From the IMG/VR virus record IMGVR_UViG_2728369369_000003: DNA of 64,000 nucleotides; one strand, 5' to 3'. The notes under the pieces are model-generated. The model was given only the letters and a program-made list of their open reading frames with translations, did not search any database and was not told the origin of the DNA. The first letter of the stretch is position 1; each line of letters begins with the position of its first letter. Shown here one piece after another: positions 10,093 to 19,215 of this stretch. The position numbers were made by a program, and so were the translations under genes. This DNA is from a virus.

Positions 10093-10572
10093 TTATGCTG
10101 ATTTGCCTGACGGCGGAACCGGGGTCTTGCGTGACCAGGACACGCTGTTCTGCTTGGCGTAGACCTCGACCTGCAATACTTTGCCTTTCGGGGTATCGAC
10201 CGATTGCATGCTCCAGCCATTCAGCGCCAGCTCCTGGGTTGCAACGCGCTTGTTCGGGAACTCAATGAACATCAACACCGTCTCTTTTGCCTCTGCAGCA
10301 GCAGTAAATGCCTCCTGGTTGGTATCGTCGGGGGCATCAATAAAAATGAAGGTCTTGTCCTCAGCCTCCCCCATATCCTGCATAAACTTGGGCTCGGTAT
10401 CGATCAGGCGGGTCACTTCGACATAGGTTCCCTTTTTGCCCGTAGTGCCAATCGACATGGCGTTTTGCAGTAGTTTCCCTGCATCAATGGTCGTACCCAA
10501 AGGGCCGAACGATACGCGGGTTCCCGCCGGCAGCATGGCAAATTCTGACGGGCTGCGAATTTCATCAGTCAT
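10093..10572 (-). CDS. Major tail (tube) protein
   Basis: 159 aa, position just upstream of the chaperone gene. Confidence 0.8.
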   Translation of the reverse strand: MTDEIRSPSEFAMLPAGTRVSFGPLGTTIDAGKLLQNAMSIGTTGKKGTYVEVTRLIDTEPKFMQDMGEAEDKTFIFIDAPDDTNQEAFTAAAEAKETVLMFIEFPNKRVATQELALNGWSMQSVDTPKGKVLQVEVYAKQNSVSWSRKTPVPPSGKSA

Positions 10573-10617
10573 AGCGATATCTCTCTGTTAAAAATGCTGC
10601 GAACGCAGCGGATAGAA

Positions 10618-11028
10618 TTAACGGCCCTCAAGGGCATAGCGCAATTCAACGGCCAGCACGCGTAATACCCTTTGCCGGTTGTAATCGAGCGCCGGACGGA
10701 TAAACGGCTTAGCCACCTGCTTACGCGTACCAAACTCCTGAGCCAATGCTTTCATGTGATGAGCTTTGCTAGGGCCAACCTTCAGAGTGACCACCGTGGC
10801 ATACCGCTCATCGCGCAGGCGGTTAGTGCTGCGGGTGCGAATAGTGTCACGCATATGTTCACCGGTATTTTTTGGATCAAAACCGGCGTGCTGCCGCATA
10901 TCAGCCTCAACAATTGCTAAAGCCGCACGCCCTGCATCTCTCAGCACCTTTACCCCGACTTTCTCTCCAACCTCAGTAAGCAGGCGATCGAAGTCCTTCC
11001 CTTGCGGGAATGTGATGGATATATCCAT
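10618..11028 (-). CDS. HK97 gp10-like tail completion protein
   Basis: EFGT..QVAKPFIRPALD motif. Confidence 0.85.
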   Translation of the reverse strand: MDISITFPQGKDFDRLLTEVGEKVGVKVLRDAGRAALAIVEADMRQHAGFDPKNTGEHMRDTIRTRSTNRLRDERYATVVTLKVGPSKAHHMKALAQEFGTRKQVAKPFIRPALDYNRQRVLRVLAVELRYALEGR

Positions 11029-11031
11029 GGG

Positions 11032-11412
11032 TTACTCCGAAAACGTGATCAGGTAATCGCGGCGGCGGCTATATACAATAGAACCGTTATTCAGGATCTC
11101 TTGTCCGTCCTGTAAGCCAGCGCGTTCAATAAATTGCACGTCATAGCCCTCCAGGGGGCTATGCACAATCCCTTGCCATGCTGACCAGACATCACGATCC
11201 ACGGTGACCAGCCGGGTAAACGTATCGACGACATAGAACGTGACTTGAAACCGCCCCTCCACCAGGCGTGTGCGCGCTAACCCAGTCTCTACGGCGGGGT
11301 CCGATATACGTTGGTAGGTAATCCCGGTCATCACATCAGGAGGCAAAAGTAACGGATAAACATCCATCCCGGTAATGCGCTCCAATGAGGCTTTAATGGC
11401 TAATTCGATCAT
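11032..11412 (-). CDS. Tail terminator (HK97 gp11/DUF3168-like)
   Basis: VYP...ITYQRISD...RFQV pattern, 126 aa. Confidence 0.75.
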   Translation of the reverse strand: MIELAIKASLERITGMDVYPLLLPPDVMTGITYQRISDPAVETGLARTRLVEGRFQVTFYVVDTFTRLVTVDRDVWSAWQGIVHSPLEGYDVQFIERAGLQDGQEILNNGSIVYSRRRDYLITFSE

Positions 11413-11737
11413 TGCGGGTACAGGCCTCCGCAGTAATAATCAGGCGATCTGGTTGCGTTCTGTCCGTCGCTCTAACGGTGAATACCTGATCTGCCAGCAC
11501 GATTTGCCAATCCTGTTGTACGTCAGCACGAGGACGCAGCGTAAACTGATAGGTTTCCACCACCTGAGGCTGATCCAACAGACGAATTTTTCTGTTAGAA
11601 ATGGGCTCCACCTTTGCCCATACCTTACCGACGACCACTACCTGATCCGGCAGAGGCTCTCCCAACGATCCCCGCTTTTTTATGAGATATTGCAAGGCAA
11701 CGCGTTTATTCAGCTCGCCAGCCCGTAACCCGCTCAT
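11393..11737 (-). CDS. Head closure / head-tail adaptor
   Basis: LRAGELNKRV start, VWAKVEP motif. Confidence 0.85.
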   Translation of the reverse strand: MSGLRAGELNKRVALQYLIKKRGSLGEPLPDQVVVVGKVWAKVEPISNRKIRLLDQPQVVETYQFTLRPRADVQQDWQIVLADQVFTVRATDRTQPDRLIITAEACTRNDRISH

Positions 11738-12063
11738 ATCCCATAGACCCGATACGGCTGCAGCAATGACTCCACAGCAAACGGAACGATCACCGCATTG
11801 CTACCGTCAGTGGTCACCGGCTCACGGTTAGCATACCAATGCGCGATAAGAAATAACGCCGCCGTCTTGATGTCATCAGTCAATATGAGCCCATACTCAC
11901 TGGTATCAGCAGCATCCTGATCGTTAACCTCACACAGTTTGCAACCAGTAAAATTCTCGACATATCGAAAAGCAGCAACGGTATAGGTTTGCAGCAGTGC
12001 ATCATCATCGGAAAAATCAGGATCTATCCGGCAATGTTGCTTTACCAGTGGCAGATCGAGCAT
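11734..12063 (-). CDS. Head-tail connector (HK97 gp6-like)
   Basis: LVKQHCRID...LIAHWYANRE...LLQPYR motifs. Confidence 0.9.
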   Translation of the reverse strand: MLDLPLVKQHCRIDPDFSDDDALLQTYTVAAFRYVENFTGCKLCEVNDQDAADTSEYGLILTDDIKTAALFLIAHWYANREPVTTDGSNAVIVPFAVESLLQPYRVYGI

Positions 12064-12072
12064 ATTCCCCCC

Positions 12073-12348
12073 TTATTTTTTACCCTTTTTTGCCGTGGAG
12101 GTTGGCTCCGGCTGCTCCGGCTGCTCCGGCTGCTCCGGCTGCTCCGGCTGCTCTGGCTGCTCTGGCTGCTCTGGCTGCTCTGGCTGCTCTGGCTGCTCTG
12201 GCTGCTCCGCAGGAAGATTATCATCGAGACTACCGGCATACCCCTTTGCAAGAAGTTCACGCCCTCGCTGCTCGTTAACATCAAATTCCTCACCCTCAAC
12301 AACAACCGAACCACCAACAAAAATCGGCCTCAATGCAGTTAATTTCAT
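12073..12348 (-). CDS. Small head-associated protein with PEQ repeat tail
   Basis: GGAG RBS, ORF directly after capsid terminator, N-terminal folded-looking part then (EQP)n and basic end. Confidence 0.75.
   Translation of the reverse strand: MKLTALRPIFVGGSVVVEGEEFDVNEQRGRELLAKGYAGSLDDNLPAEQPEQPEQPEQPEQPEQPEQPEQPEQPEQPEQPEPTSTAKKGKK
12110..12208. repeat. 9-bp tandem repeat, 11 copies (GGCTGCTC[C/T])
   Basis: 4x GGCTGCTCC, 6x GGCTGCTCT, 1x GGCTGCTCC counted directly. Confidence 0.97.
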
Positions 12349-12360
12349 GATGCTCTCCAG

Positions 12361-12384
12361 AAAAAAGCGGCCATATGGCCGCTT
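12361..12384 (-). terminator. Terminator after major capsid gene
   Basis: AAGCGGCC-ATAT-GGCCGCTT with T run on minus strand. Confidence 0.7.
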
Positions 12385-12396
12385 GTCGTTGATGGA

Positions 12397-13620
12397 TTAA
12401 TGGCTACCTGATGGGGCTACCGGCGCAGTAAACGCACCATAGATAAACGCTTCAGGACGTTTTACTGCTAACGCCAAACGCTCTTCACAACGGATTGAAA
12501 TCATGTTCTTTTCAAAATCATCCGCGTTCTCTGTAGAGATCACCACGTTGGCATCCTCGCGATCAAACAGCTGAGCGGCAGCGTTGAAGGCGCCAGTCAG
12601 GAACTTGCCCTTAAAGGCCGCTGTCTCCGTTGCTACAACCGGCAGCCCCCACAAAGTGGGCCCAGTGAGCGCCGATGGGTTTGCCAGGATGTAGCGCCCC
12701 AACGTATCCTTGGTCAACTCAATCTTCGCCCAGTCGATAAAATGCAGTACATGGCCAGAGGCAGGGAAACGCGCCAACTGCGCCTGAAGCATCGCCAAGC
12801 GCAGATCGTCGATTCCGTTCTGCTGCTCTACACCAAACTCCGCCTTATAGGCCGTAGCCTGGGGGACGATGCCATGCAGATGAACCCCGGTACTATCACC
12901 GAACAGGATCTCCTGCTCTTCGACATACTTCAGGCCGTAGCGCATTTCCGCATCAACAGTAGACTGCAGTTGTGCAAAATCGTCCAAAATCTGCTTGGAT
13001 GCCTTGAACATATGGGCAATTGTCGTTACTGGCGTGATCTTGGTGGCAAACTGAATATCGCTATAGGGCTTTGCCGTTCCCTCAGCCACTACTTTCGCCG
13101 CATTAGTAAAACCGGTCTGCTGTACCCAAAAAATAGCCGGAGCCCCAGTACGACCTGGCGCAATAAGATCGCGAATAAACAGACGCTGCTTGGGAGCAGT
13201 ATCAATACCAGGCAGCCGCTGTGGCTCAACCACACCTGCAGGCACGTTGGATGAGAGAAGTGCCGCGCTAACAGGAATGCTAATGCGCTTCCCGCCCTCT
13301 ACACTGGACGAAAATGACTTCAGCGCTTCGCTACCAATAACCACCTGCCCAACGGACTCAACCACACCTTTGGCATTGGCCAGCGGCATTTGAGCCACAT
13401 GTTGCTCCAGCTCCCCCAGTGACGCTTTCAGCGTTTTTTCCGCATCACGCAGAGCGTTAAGCTCGACGGCCATTTTATCGACCGTCTCTTTCGTCTGGGC
13501 TGAGAGTTGCCCCGTTTTCTTCGCCTCGTTGAGAGCCTCTTCGGCCTTGGCGTTAAACTTGCTGGTAGCATCCTCAATGGACGCAGTGACTTTTTTCAGG
13601 ATTTCATTAACTTCTGACAT
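12397..13620 (-). CDS. HK97-family major capsid protein
   Basis: 407 aa, coiled-coil delta domain, IRCEERLALAVKRPEAF C-terminus. Confidence 0.95.
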   Translation of the reverse strand: MSEVNEILKKVTASIEDATSKFNAKAEEALNEAKKTGQLSAQTKETVDKMAVELNALRDAEKTLKASLGELEQHVAQMPLANAKGVVESVGQVVIGSEALKSFSSSVEGGKRISIPVSAALLSSNVPAGVVEPQRLPGIDTAPKQRLFIRDLIAPGRTGAPAIFWVQQTGFTNAAKVVAEGTAKPYSDIQFATKITPVTTIAHMFKASKQILDDFAQLQSTVDAEMRYGLKYVEEQEILFGDSTGVHLHGIVPQATAYKAEFGVEQQNGIDDLRLAMLQAQLARFPASGHVLHFIDWAKIELTKDTLGRYILANPSALTGPTLWGLPVVATETAAFKGKFLTGAFNAAAQLFDREDANVVISTENADDFEKNMISIRCEERLALAVKRPEAFIYGAFTAPVAPSGSH

Positions 13621-13632
13621 AATTTCTCCAGA

Positions 13633-14490
13633 TTATTGGCACGCCGAAACCATGCCGCTTAATGCAGCATCCAGTTTGGCTAGTGTTTCAGGGTTAATTT
13701 CAGCGGCAGCGCTCGGCGTACCATCAGGGGTGGCAACAGCGCCAGGCGTGTTACCAGAAAGTGCTTTTAATAGTCGGCGCCGCTCTGAGCGGGGGGTGTT
13801 GGATTTTGCCAATAGCGCATCCAGTTTTCGCAGCGCGGCAGAGGGGCTTTCATCATCTTGGCTAACTTGATCACTCGACAGCACGCTATCGGCCAGCCCT
13901 TTCTCAACAGCATCACTACCATTGATATAGGTCTCGTTATCCATCATCTCTGCGACAACGTCGTTGGACAGTCCGCTGCGAGCGGAATAAATATCCTGCA
14001 TGGCGCTATCGAATGGCTCCATATCCCGAGCCACTTTCTCCAGGTCATGCCGGTTACCCATCGCGACAACCCAGCAGTTATGGATCATCAGGAACGCACC
14101 GCGTCCGATCTGAATATCATCACCTGCCATAGCAATAATTGACGCTGCAGATGCCGCGATGCCCAATACCTTAACGGTGACTTTCCCTTCGTATTCGCGC
14201 AGCTGGTTATAAATAGCCAGCCCTTCAAACATATCGCCGCCGGGTGAGTTGATGTTGACCGTAACATCATCCCCATTCAGCGACCGCAATACGGCGCCGA
14301 TGCGCTTTGCCGTGACACCATCACCCCAATAGTCTTGACCAATGACGTCAAAAATAGAGATGGTGTTGTCATCGGCTTGCGCGGCACGAATGCCGCTATT
14401 CCAGTGATCCAGCGCATGAGGCATCACCTCGCATGAAACACGCGCGCAAGGTCGCCCCACCGGCGCTGCCGGAAGGCTTTTTTTTGTCAT
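13633..14490 (-). CDS. ClpP-like head maturation protease
   Basis: INSPGGD, GIAASAAS, MIHN, ETYI motifs. Confidence 0.93.
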   Translation of the reverse strand: MTKKSLPAAPVGRPCARVSCEVMPHALDHWNSGIRAAQADDNTISIFDVIGQDYWGDGVTAKRIGAVLRSLNGDDVTVNINSPGGDMFEGLAIYNQLREYEGKVTVKVLGIAASAASIIAMAGDDIQIGRGAFLMIHNCWVVAMGNRHDLEKVARDMEPFDSAMQDIYSARSGLSNDVVAEMMDNETYINGSDAVEKGLADSVLSSDQVSQDDESPSAALRKLDALLAKSNTPRSERRRLLKALSGNTPGAVATPDGTPSAAAEINPETLAKLDAALSGMVSACQ

Positions 14491-14497
14491 TGACGGA

Positions 14498-15826
14498 TTA
14501 CTCCTGATCGACTGAGTGACTACTTAATGAACTGGGGGGCTGAGAAGACGGATCGCTTCTTTCGGGGAATAACCACCCAGCCATTGCTGCGCGAGCGCGC
14601 TCACTGGATGAAGCCGTTTCATTCCCCAGTTGATCCAATGGGGTAAGATTAAGTTGCACGGTATAAATGTCACCACCCTCAATGGGTGGCAGATTTTCTA
14701 AGCGCCGGACATCATTACGGCTCATCCAGCCGTTTTGCAGCGCTGTGGTGTAATAAGCTGAACGCCCAGCGCTATCGGCCCGCAAGAAGCCCTCTACGGA
14801 GAACTCCGCAAAATAATCGTCATCGGTATCTAACAGACAGCGGGCGATCTCCTGCTCAATGTTCACCAACAGTGGGCGCAACGTATTCGTTAAAAAGATG
14901 AGGTTCATCCCCTCAACGCTCGACGCCCAGCTACTCTGTTTTGTCGTATGCCCCACCATCATTGGAGGCACCCTAAACCAACGACAGATCTCTTCAATAC
15001 TGAATGAGCGGCTTTCCAATAGCTGGGCTGCCTCGGGGTTCATCGTCACATTCTGATAAGAGAGGTCGTTCTCTAATATCATCAATTTGCCAGCATTTTT
15101 TGAGCCGACAAAGGCATTCATATTTTTACGAAGCCGCTCACGCTGCTCTTTCGTGAGTGCCGTTTTTGATGATAAAAAACCTGTGCTCTGTAACCCGTTT
15201 TCAAATATTTTAGCGGCGGCCTCATCAACGGCCATCGCCGCACCGATAACATCACGCCCCGCCATCATGGGCATCGTTCCACAGATACCATCCAGGCCAA
15301 AGCCTCGAATATGCATCATGTGATCAGGCTGGATGGTGCGTTGTACACCGTTATCGGTATAGATGTACTGCAGTGCCCCGGCGTCAGACCGCTTTACCAC
15401 CATGTTCTGAGGCAACAGAGGGATCAGAGACACCAGCTTTTTACCGATCATCCGCTTCTCGATGAAAGCATTTCCCCGCAGGCAAATACTGGCAACCAAC
15501 ATCAGCATAAAACGGGATGGCGTCATTTCGAGATTAGGCCGACGACAAAGTACCTGATAGGCCGGGTGCGCCTGCGCCAATACTTTTGACCCGTCAGGTT
15601 GACGCCGGTATACCTTCAGTGGAAGCGTTGATATCGACTCGCTGAGCAGCCTGACGCAGGCCCATACCGCAGAAAGCTGAACCGCCTTATCGACCGTCAC
15701 CGTTTTCCCGCTACTGCTCACCCCCATCCAATCCTGAAGAAAGGTTCCATTCGTCAGGCTTATCGGGACTCCGAGCCAATTTAAAAGGGCGCTTTTAATG
15801 CGCCCTGGTTGCGTACTCTTTCCCAT
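14498..15826 (-). CDS. HK97-family portal protein
   Basis: SAVWACVRLLSESISTLP, EEICRWFRVPP, NDVRRLENLPP. Confidence 0.95.
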   Translation of the reverse strand: MGKSTQPGRIKSALLNWLGVPISLTNGTFLQDWMGVSSSGKTVTVDKAVQLSAVWACVRLLSESISTLPLKVYRRQPDGSKVLAQAHPAYQVLCRRPNLEMTPSRFMLMLVASICLRGNAFIEKRMIGKKLVSLIPLLPQNMVVKRSDAGALQYIYTDNGVQRTIQPDHMMHIRGFGLDGICGTMPMMAGRDVIGAAMAVDEAAAKIFENGLQSTGFLSSKTALTKEQRERLRKNMNAFVGSKNAGKLMILENDLSYQNVTMNPEAAQLLESRSFSIEEICRWFRVPPMMVGHTTKQSSWASSVEGMNLIFLTNTLRPLLVNIEQEIARCLLDTDDDYFAEFSVEGFLRADSAGRSAYYTTALQNGWMSRNDVRRLENLPPIEGGDIYTVQLNLTPLDQLGNETASSSERARAAMAGWLFPERSDPSSQPPSSLSSHSVDQE

Positions 15827-17574
15827 CAGATACCCACCATAATCGGATCATCAAAGAAACCATCAATGTCTCCCTCCTCTTCCTGCACGCCGTCAGCAGC
15901 TCCGACCGACATGGCCATCGCCACTACACCGTCGATGCGGCCATTGCTACGACGCTTACTGAACACCCGGTTACCGCTTTTATCTTCCTCGATCACCGCA
16001 TTAGCCGCGTTCCAGCGTAGGCATGGGTTATAAACGATGATGATTTTCTTCTCGGTGATGAGCTGCTCCAGCAGCTCTATAGAATGGGGCATCCATAGCC
16101 CTGACTCCGTCGATTTACCAAACCCCTGCCCATGCGGGGTCAGCGGTATTGTTACCCCCTCGTCATCTAATTCGGGGATCAGGTAGTCGATGTGATAGCG
16201 GTCAAACGCAATGCTCTTGATATCGAACATCGGAGATAACTCTGCGATCCGCTTGGCCACAAAGCCATAATCGATCGCTGAGCCTTTTGGTGCATGCAGA
16301 TAGCCATCGCGTAACCAGGCGTCATAAGGGACCCTATCTACACGAGCACGATCAAATAACGTGTCACCCGGCGTCCAGAACTCAACCAGCACCGTGCGAA
16401 TCTTCGGAAAGTACAGGGACAGCGATGTAAGATCTCGCTTACCAGACAGGTCTAAGCCGCCATAGCAGGTTTCCCCGCGTAGCGATTCAAGGGATATTTC
16501 CTGCTCACAAGCCATCCAGACATCGCCACTGATCCACGGGTTTTCAGCATCAACCCACTGGCAGAAGTTAAGGCGCCGAACCAGACTTTCCTTCGCAGGC
16601 ATTCCCCGCGCATCCTCGACCTGCTCACGCAGATAATCGGGGCGAAATGTGTAGCCCATTGATGGGTTGGCCTTACCCCAGCAGGACTCATCCTTAAACG
16701 GGTCATCACCATCATCCAGAGAGCAGATAAACGCGAAAAAAGCGTCGTTACTCGCCTGCCCTGCAGCAACCTTTTGTCCGTACTGATGATAGTCATAACA
16801 CACGCTGGTTTTATCATGACCACTGTTGGTGATCATGAAGATCAGCGCCTGTCGCCGACCTTTCGTACCGGCACGCATCATCTCTACGGCGCGGTTATCT
16901 TTGTGTTCATGAATTTCATCAATCAGAGCACAATGTGGACGAGGACCTGACTGGCCATCATCCGAACTAATCGGCCGGAAAAAGGAGCCTGCCTGTAAGT
17001 AAGCCAAGTTCCACTCTTTTCCTGCACCACCCGATTTATCGATGCGTTGAGATAATGCGGGTGACTGATCAACCATTGCAACCGCATCACGGAACAAGAT
17101 CATGGCTTGATCTTTCTTGGTTGCTGCGGCATAGACCTCTGCGCGCGGCTCTCTATCGGCAACCAGGCAATATAGCCCCACCCCTGCAGCAAGCGGTGAT
17201 TTTCCCGATCCCTTGCCAGATTCCACATACGCCGTTCGAAATCGGCGAGAGCCGTCTGCACGTTTCCAGCCAAACAGGGAGCCCACCACGAAGCACTGCC
17301 ACGGCAATAGAATAAATGGCGCCCCCTCATGCTCGCCGCCATTGAGCTTCAGCACCTTGGCATAAAAATCAATGACGCGCTTTACAGCATCCGTATCCCA
17401 CACCAACCCTCTGGATGGCCCCTCTTCGAGATCGCGCAGATGACGCTTGCAGGCATTACGGATATCAGGCCCGGCGATCACCTTTCCATCGGTCACATCG
17501 CGAGCGTATTGGGTCGCAGGATCAACCGAAGAACTGGTTGAGCGGGTCCTCTTCTTTCTCTCCACCATCAACAT
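15826..17574 (-). CDS. Terminase large subunit
   Basis: Walker A GKGSGKS, Walker B LIDEIH, GGLDLS and RIDGVVA nuclease motifs. Confidence 0.95.
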   Translation of the reverse strand: MLMVERKKRTRSTSSSVDPATQYARDVTDGKVIAGPDIRNACKRHLRDLEEGPSRGLVWDTDAVKRVIDFYAKVLKLNGGEHEGAPFILLPWQCFVVGSLFGWKRADGSRRFRTAYVESGKGSGKSPLAAGVGLYCLVADREPRAEVYAAATKKDQAMILFRDAVAMVDQSPALSQRIDKSGGAGKEWNLAYLQAGSFFRPISSDDGQSGPRPHCALIDEIHEHKDNRAVEMMRAGTKGRRQALIFMITNSGHDKTSVCYDYHQYGQKVAAGQASNDAFFAFICSLDDGDDPFKDESCWGKANPSMGYTFRPDYLREQVEDARGMPAKESLVRRLNFCQWVDAENPWISGDVWMACEQEISLESLRGETCYGGLDLSGKRDLTSLSLYFPKIRTVLVEFWTPGDTLFDRARVDRVPYDAWLRDGYLHAPKGSAIDYGFVAKRIAELSPMFDIKSIAFDRYHIDYLIPELDDEGVTIPLTPHGQGFGKSTESGLWMPHSIELLEQLITEKKIIIVYNPCLRWNAANAVIEEDKSGNRVFSKRRSNGRIDGVVAMAMSVGAADGVQEEEGDIDGFFDDPIMVGI

Positions 17575-17989
17575 GTACCTTAGATCGAGCAGCAGGTGTC
17601 AGGCCAAACTCAACCAAGTAGCTCTTAAATCGACGATCGGCATCAGCCAGCATGGCAACAGCCGGATTCGCCTTAATGAGAAAGTCGCCCATCTGGGTTT
17701 TTGTGGTATAGGTACGCCCCTCGATCGCAATCGTGTCGCGCAACTGTAAGATATCTGCATAGATATCGCAGAGGCGCTCAAGCGCCAGCGTGTCGGCGAC
17801 GGTAAGAATCCCCATACCATCCAGCAAGAGAGTAAGTTTTCCCCACGCCACTTTTCCCCAGTCGGTCAAATGCGCCGGGGGGCTCGGTATTTCTCTCGCC
17901 GGGGTAGGCTCTTTGTCATTGAGTTTTCGCTTGCCCGGATTACCGGTCACCACTTTGAGGTGGGTCGGTTTCGGGCGTCGTCCTGCCAT
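17522..17989 (-). CDS. Terminase small subunit (P27 family)
   Basis: GRRPKPTHLKVVTGNPGKR start, KANPAV, EFGLTPAARSK. Confidence 0.93.
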   Translation of the reverse strand: MAGRRPKPTHLKVVTGNPGKRKLNDKEPTPAREIPSPPAHLTDWGKVAWGKLTLLLDGMGILTVADTLALERLCDIYADILQLRDTIAIEGRTYTTKTQMGDFLIKANPAVAMLADADRRFKSYLVEFGLTPAARSKVHVDGGEKEEDPLNQFFG

Positions 17990-17999
17990 CGGAACCTCC

Positions 18000-18076
18000 C
18001 GGAAAAAAACTTTTCATTTCGCGGTTGTGCACGGAAAGGAGAAGCGGCGGTCATTTAGTGCGAGAGGGGGGAACTT
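18000..18076. other. Probable cos region (candidate core near 18044-18053, minus strand TGACCGCCGC)
   Basis: Lies between HNH and terS, where HK97/P27-type phages carry cos; exact cut site not determinable. Confidence 0.45.
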
Positions 18077-18421
18077 TCACCCCGCCCCTCCCCAGTGCTG
18101 GTTGGCTCCAAATGGTATGCCATCCTCGCCACAGCCAACCGCTCGCCCCCGCTTCTCCATCCGCTGCTTTGTGGAGTCGTGATGCTGCTTGCACAACCCC
18201 TGCCAATTCTTCTGATCCCAAAACAGCTTCTGGGATTTCGTAATGCGCTGGCTGTCACCTGAAGTCAGCGCTTCTTTAAGACGATGTGGCTCGATGTGAT
18301 CGACAACTGTGGCCGCCTCAAGCCGTCCTTGCTGGTGACACATCACACACAGCGGATTAGCCCGCAAGAACGCAATCCTTGCCCTATCCCATTTACTACC
18401 GTAGATACGTGGCTCTTTCAT
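18077..18421 (-). CDS. HNH endonuclease (packaging cofactor)
   Basis: CxxC, VVDHIEPH, NWQGLCKQHHDS; immediately upstream of terS. Confidence 0.9.
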   Translation of the reverse strand: MKEPRIYGSKWDRARIAFLRANPLCVMCHQQGRLEAATVVDHIEPHRLKEALTSGDSQRITKSQKLFWDQKNWQGLCKQHHDSTKQRMEKRGRAVGCGEDGIPFGANQHWGGAG

Positions 18422-18441
18422 GTATGCATCACCAACCCTGG

Positions 18442-18600
18442 TTACTCCACGCTGGTATTGTTTACCAGCCGTTTAACCCGCTCGCGGCTCTCTATATTCG
18501 AGCGCCCTGCATACGTTTTGGGGCAGAATTGAACGATATGCGTTAACGAACCGCAGTAGCTGCAGCGCCTGGGGTGCTGAGTAAATGACGAACGTTTCAT
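18442..18600 (-). CDS. 52-aa CCHC zinc-knuckle protein
   Basis: GGAGG RBS, CSYCGSLTHIVQFC = CX2CX4HX4C. Confidence 0.7.
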   Translation of the reverse strand: MKRSSFTQHPRRCSYCGSLTHIVQFCPKTYAGRSNIESRERVKRLVNNTSVE

Positions 18601-18611
18601 TGTTACCTCCA

Positions 18612-18638
18612 GAAAAAAGGGCCGCACATGGCGACCCC
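18612..18638 (-). terminator. Terminator after lysis cassette
   Basis: GGGTCGC-CATGT-GCGGCCC followed by T run on minus strand. Confidence 0.6.
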
Positions 18639-18683
18639 GTTGCATTATCGCAGGCCCTCATCGAAGAGAGCTGTAATGCTGGC

Positions 18684-19160
18684 TTATTGGCACTGCTCTC
18701 GAATGTACTGCTGCGCTCCTTCCAACTGCTTCTGCATCGTCACTAGCCGCTCTCTGAGGGTGAAATAATGCCGTTGAGCGGCGTCCTCCAGTCGGGGGCG
18801 GGCTGCATTATCCACGCCGGCGGTGCCGAGGGTTTGATGCACTGGACTGGGGCAGATGGCGTTGACACGCAACCGGCGGCGACCAGCGGCAACATCATCA
18901 CGCAAAGCATCAATCTTGGCTCTTTCATTGGCTAACTCCTGGGTGTATCTGGCATCCAGTGCAGCCACATCACGCTGACGTGTCTGCATATCTGTGATAG
19001 TGGCGTTGGCCAGGCTAAGCCGTTCAGTGGCTTTATCGCGCTGTCCCTTGTAGGTGATGGCGTTACTACGGTAGCGGTCGGTCGTCCAAGCCAGCACTAC
19101 CAACCCCACCACCAACGCAGCAATAACGATGATAATGGTACGGCTCACATATCCTCCCAA
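18684..19160 (-). CDS. Rz: i-spanin Rz
   Basis: N-terminal TM, coiled coil, GRRRLRVNAIC motif. Confidence 0.9.
   Translation of the reverse strand: MGGYVSRTIIIVIAALVVGLVVLAWTTDRYRSNAITYKGQRDKATERLSLANATITDMQTRQRDVAALDARYTQELANERAKIDALRDDVAAGRRRLRVNAICPSPVHQTLGTAGVDNAARPRLEDAAQRHYFTLRERLVTMQKQLEGAQQYIREQCQ
18743..18928 (-). CDS. Rz1: o-spanin Rz1 embedded in Rz
   Basis: Alternative frame within Rz, lipobox-like VAAGC, Pro-rich, PAW..PAPDW motif. Confidence 0.85.
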   Translation of the reverse strand: MKEPRLMLCVMMLPLVAAGCVSTPSAPVQCIKPSAPPAWIMQPAPDWRTPLNGIISPSESG

Positions 19161-19215
19161 TGCGACAAAGCCACCAACGCGATTAGCGCCAGTGGCTTCC
19201 AGAGTTTATTGAACA

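Noticed and set aside
11989-12400. Leu-, Ala-, Ser/Gln- and Cys/Gly-repeat ORFs in other frames, and a possible CRISPR-like array
   Set aside because: All are alternative readings of the 9-bp VNTR. There are no spacers or cas genes, and only the PEQ frame has an RBS and operon fit.
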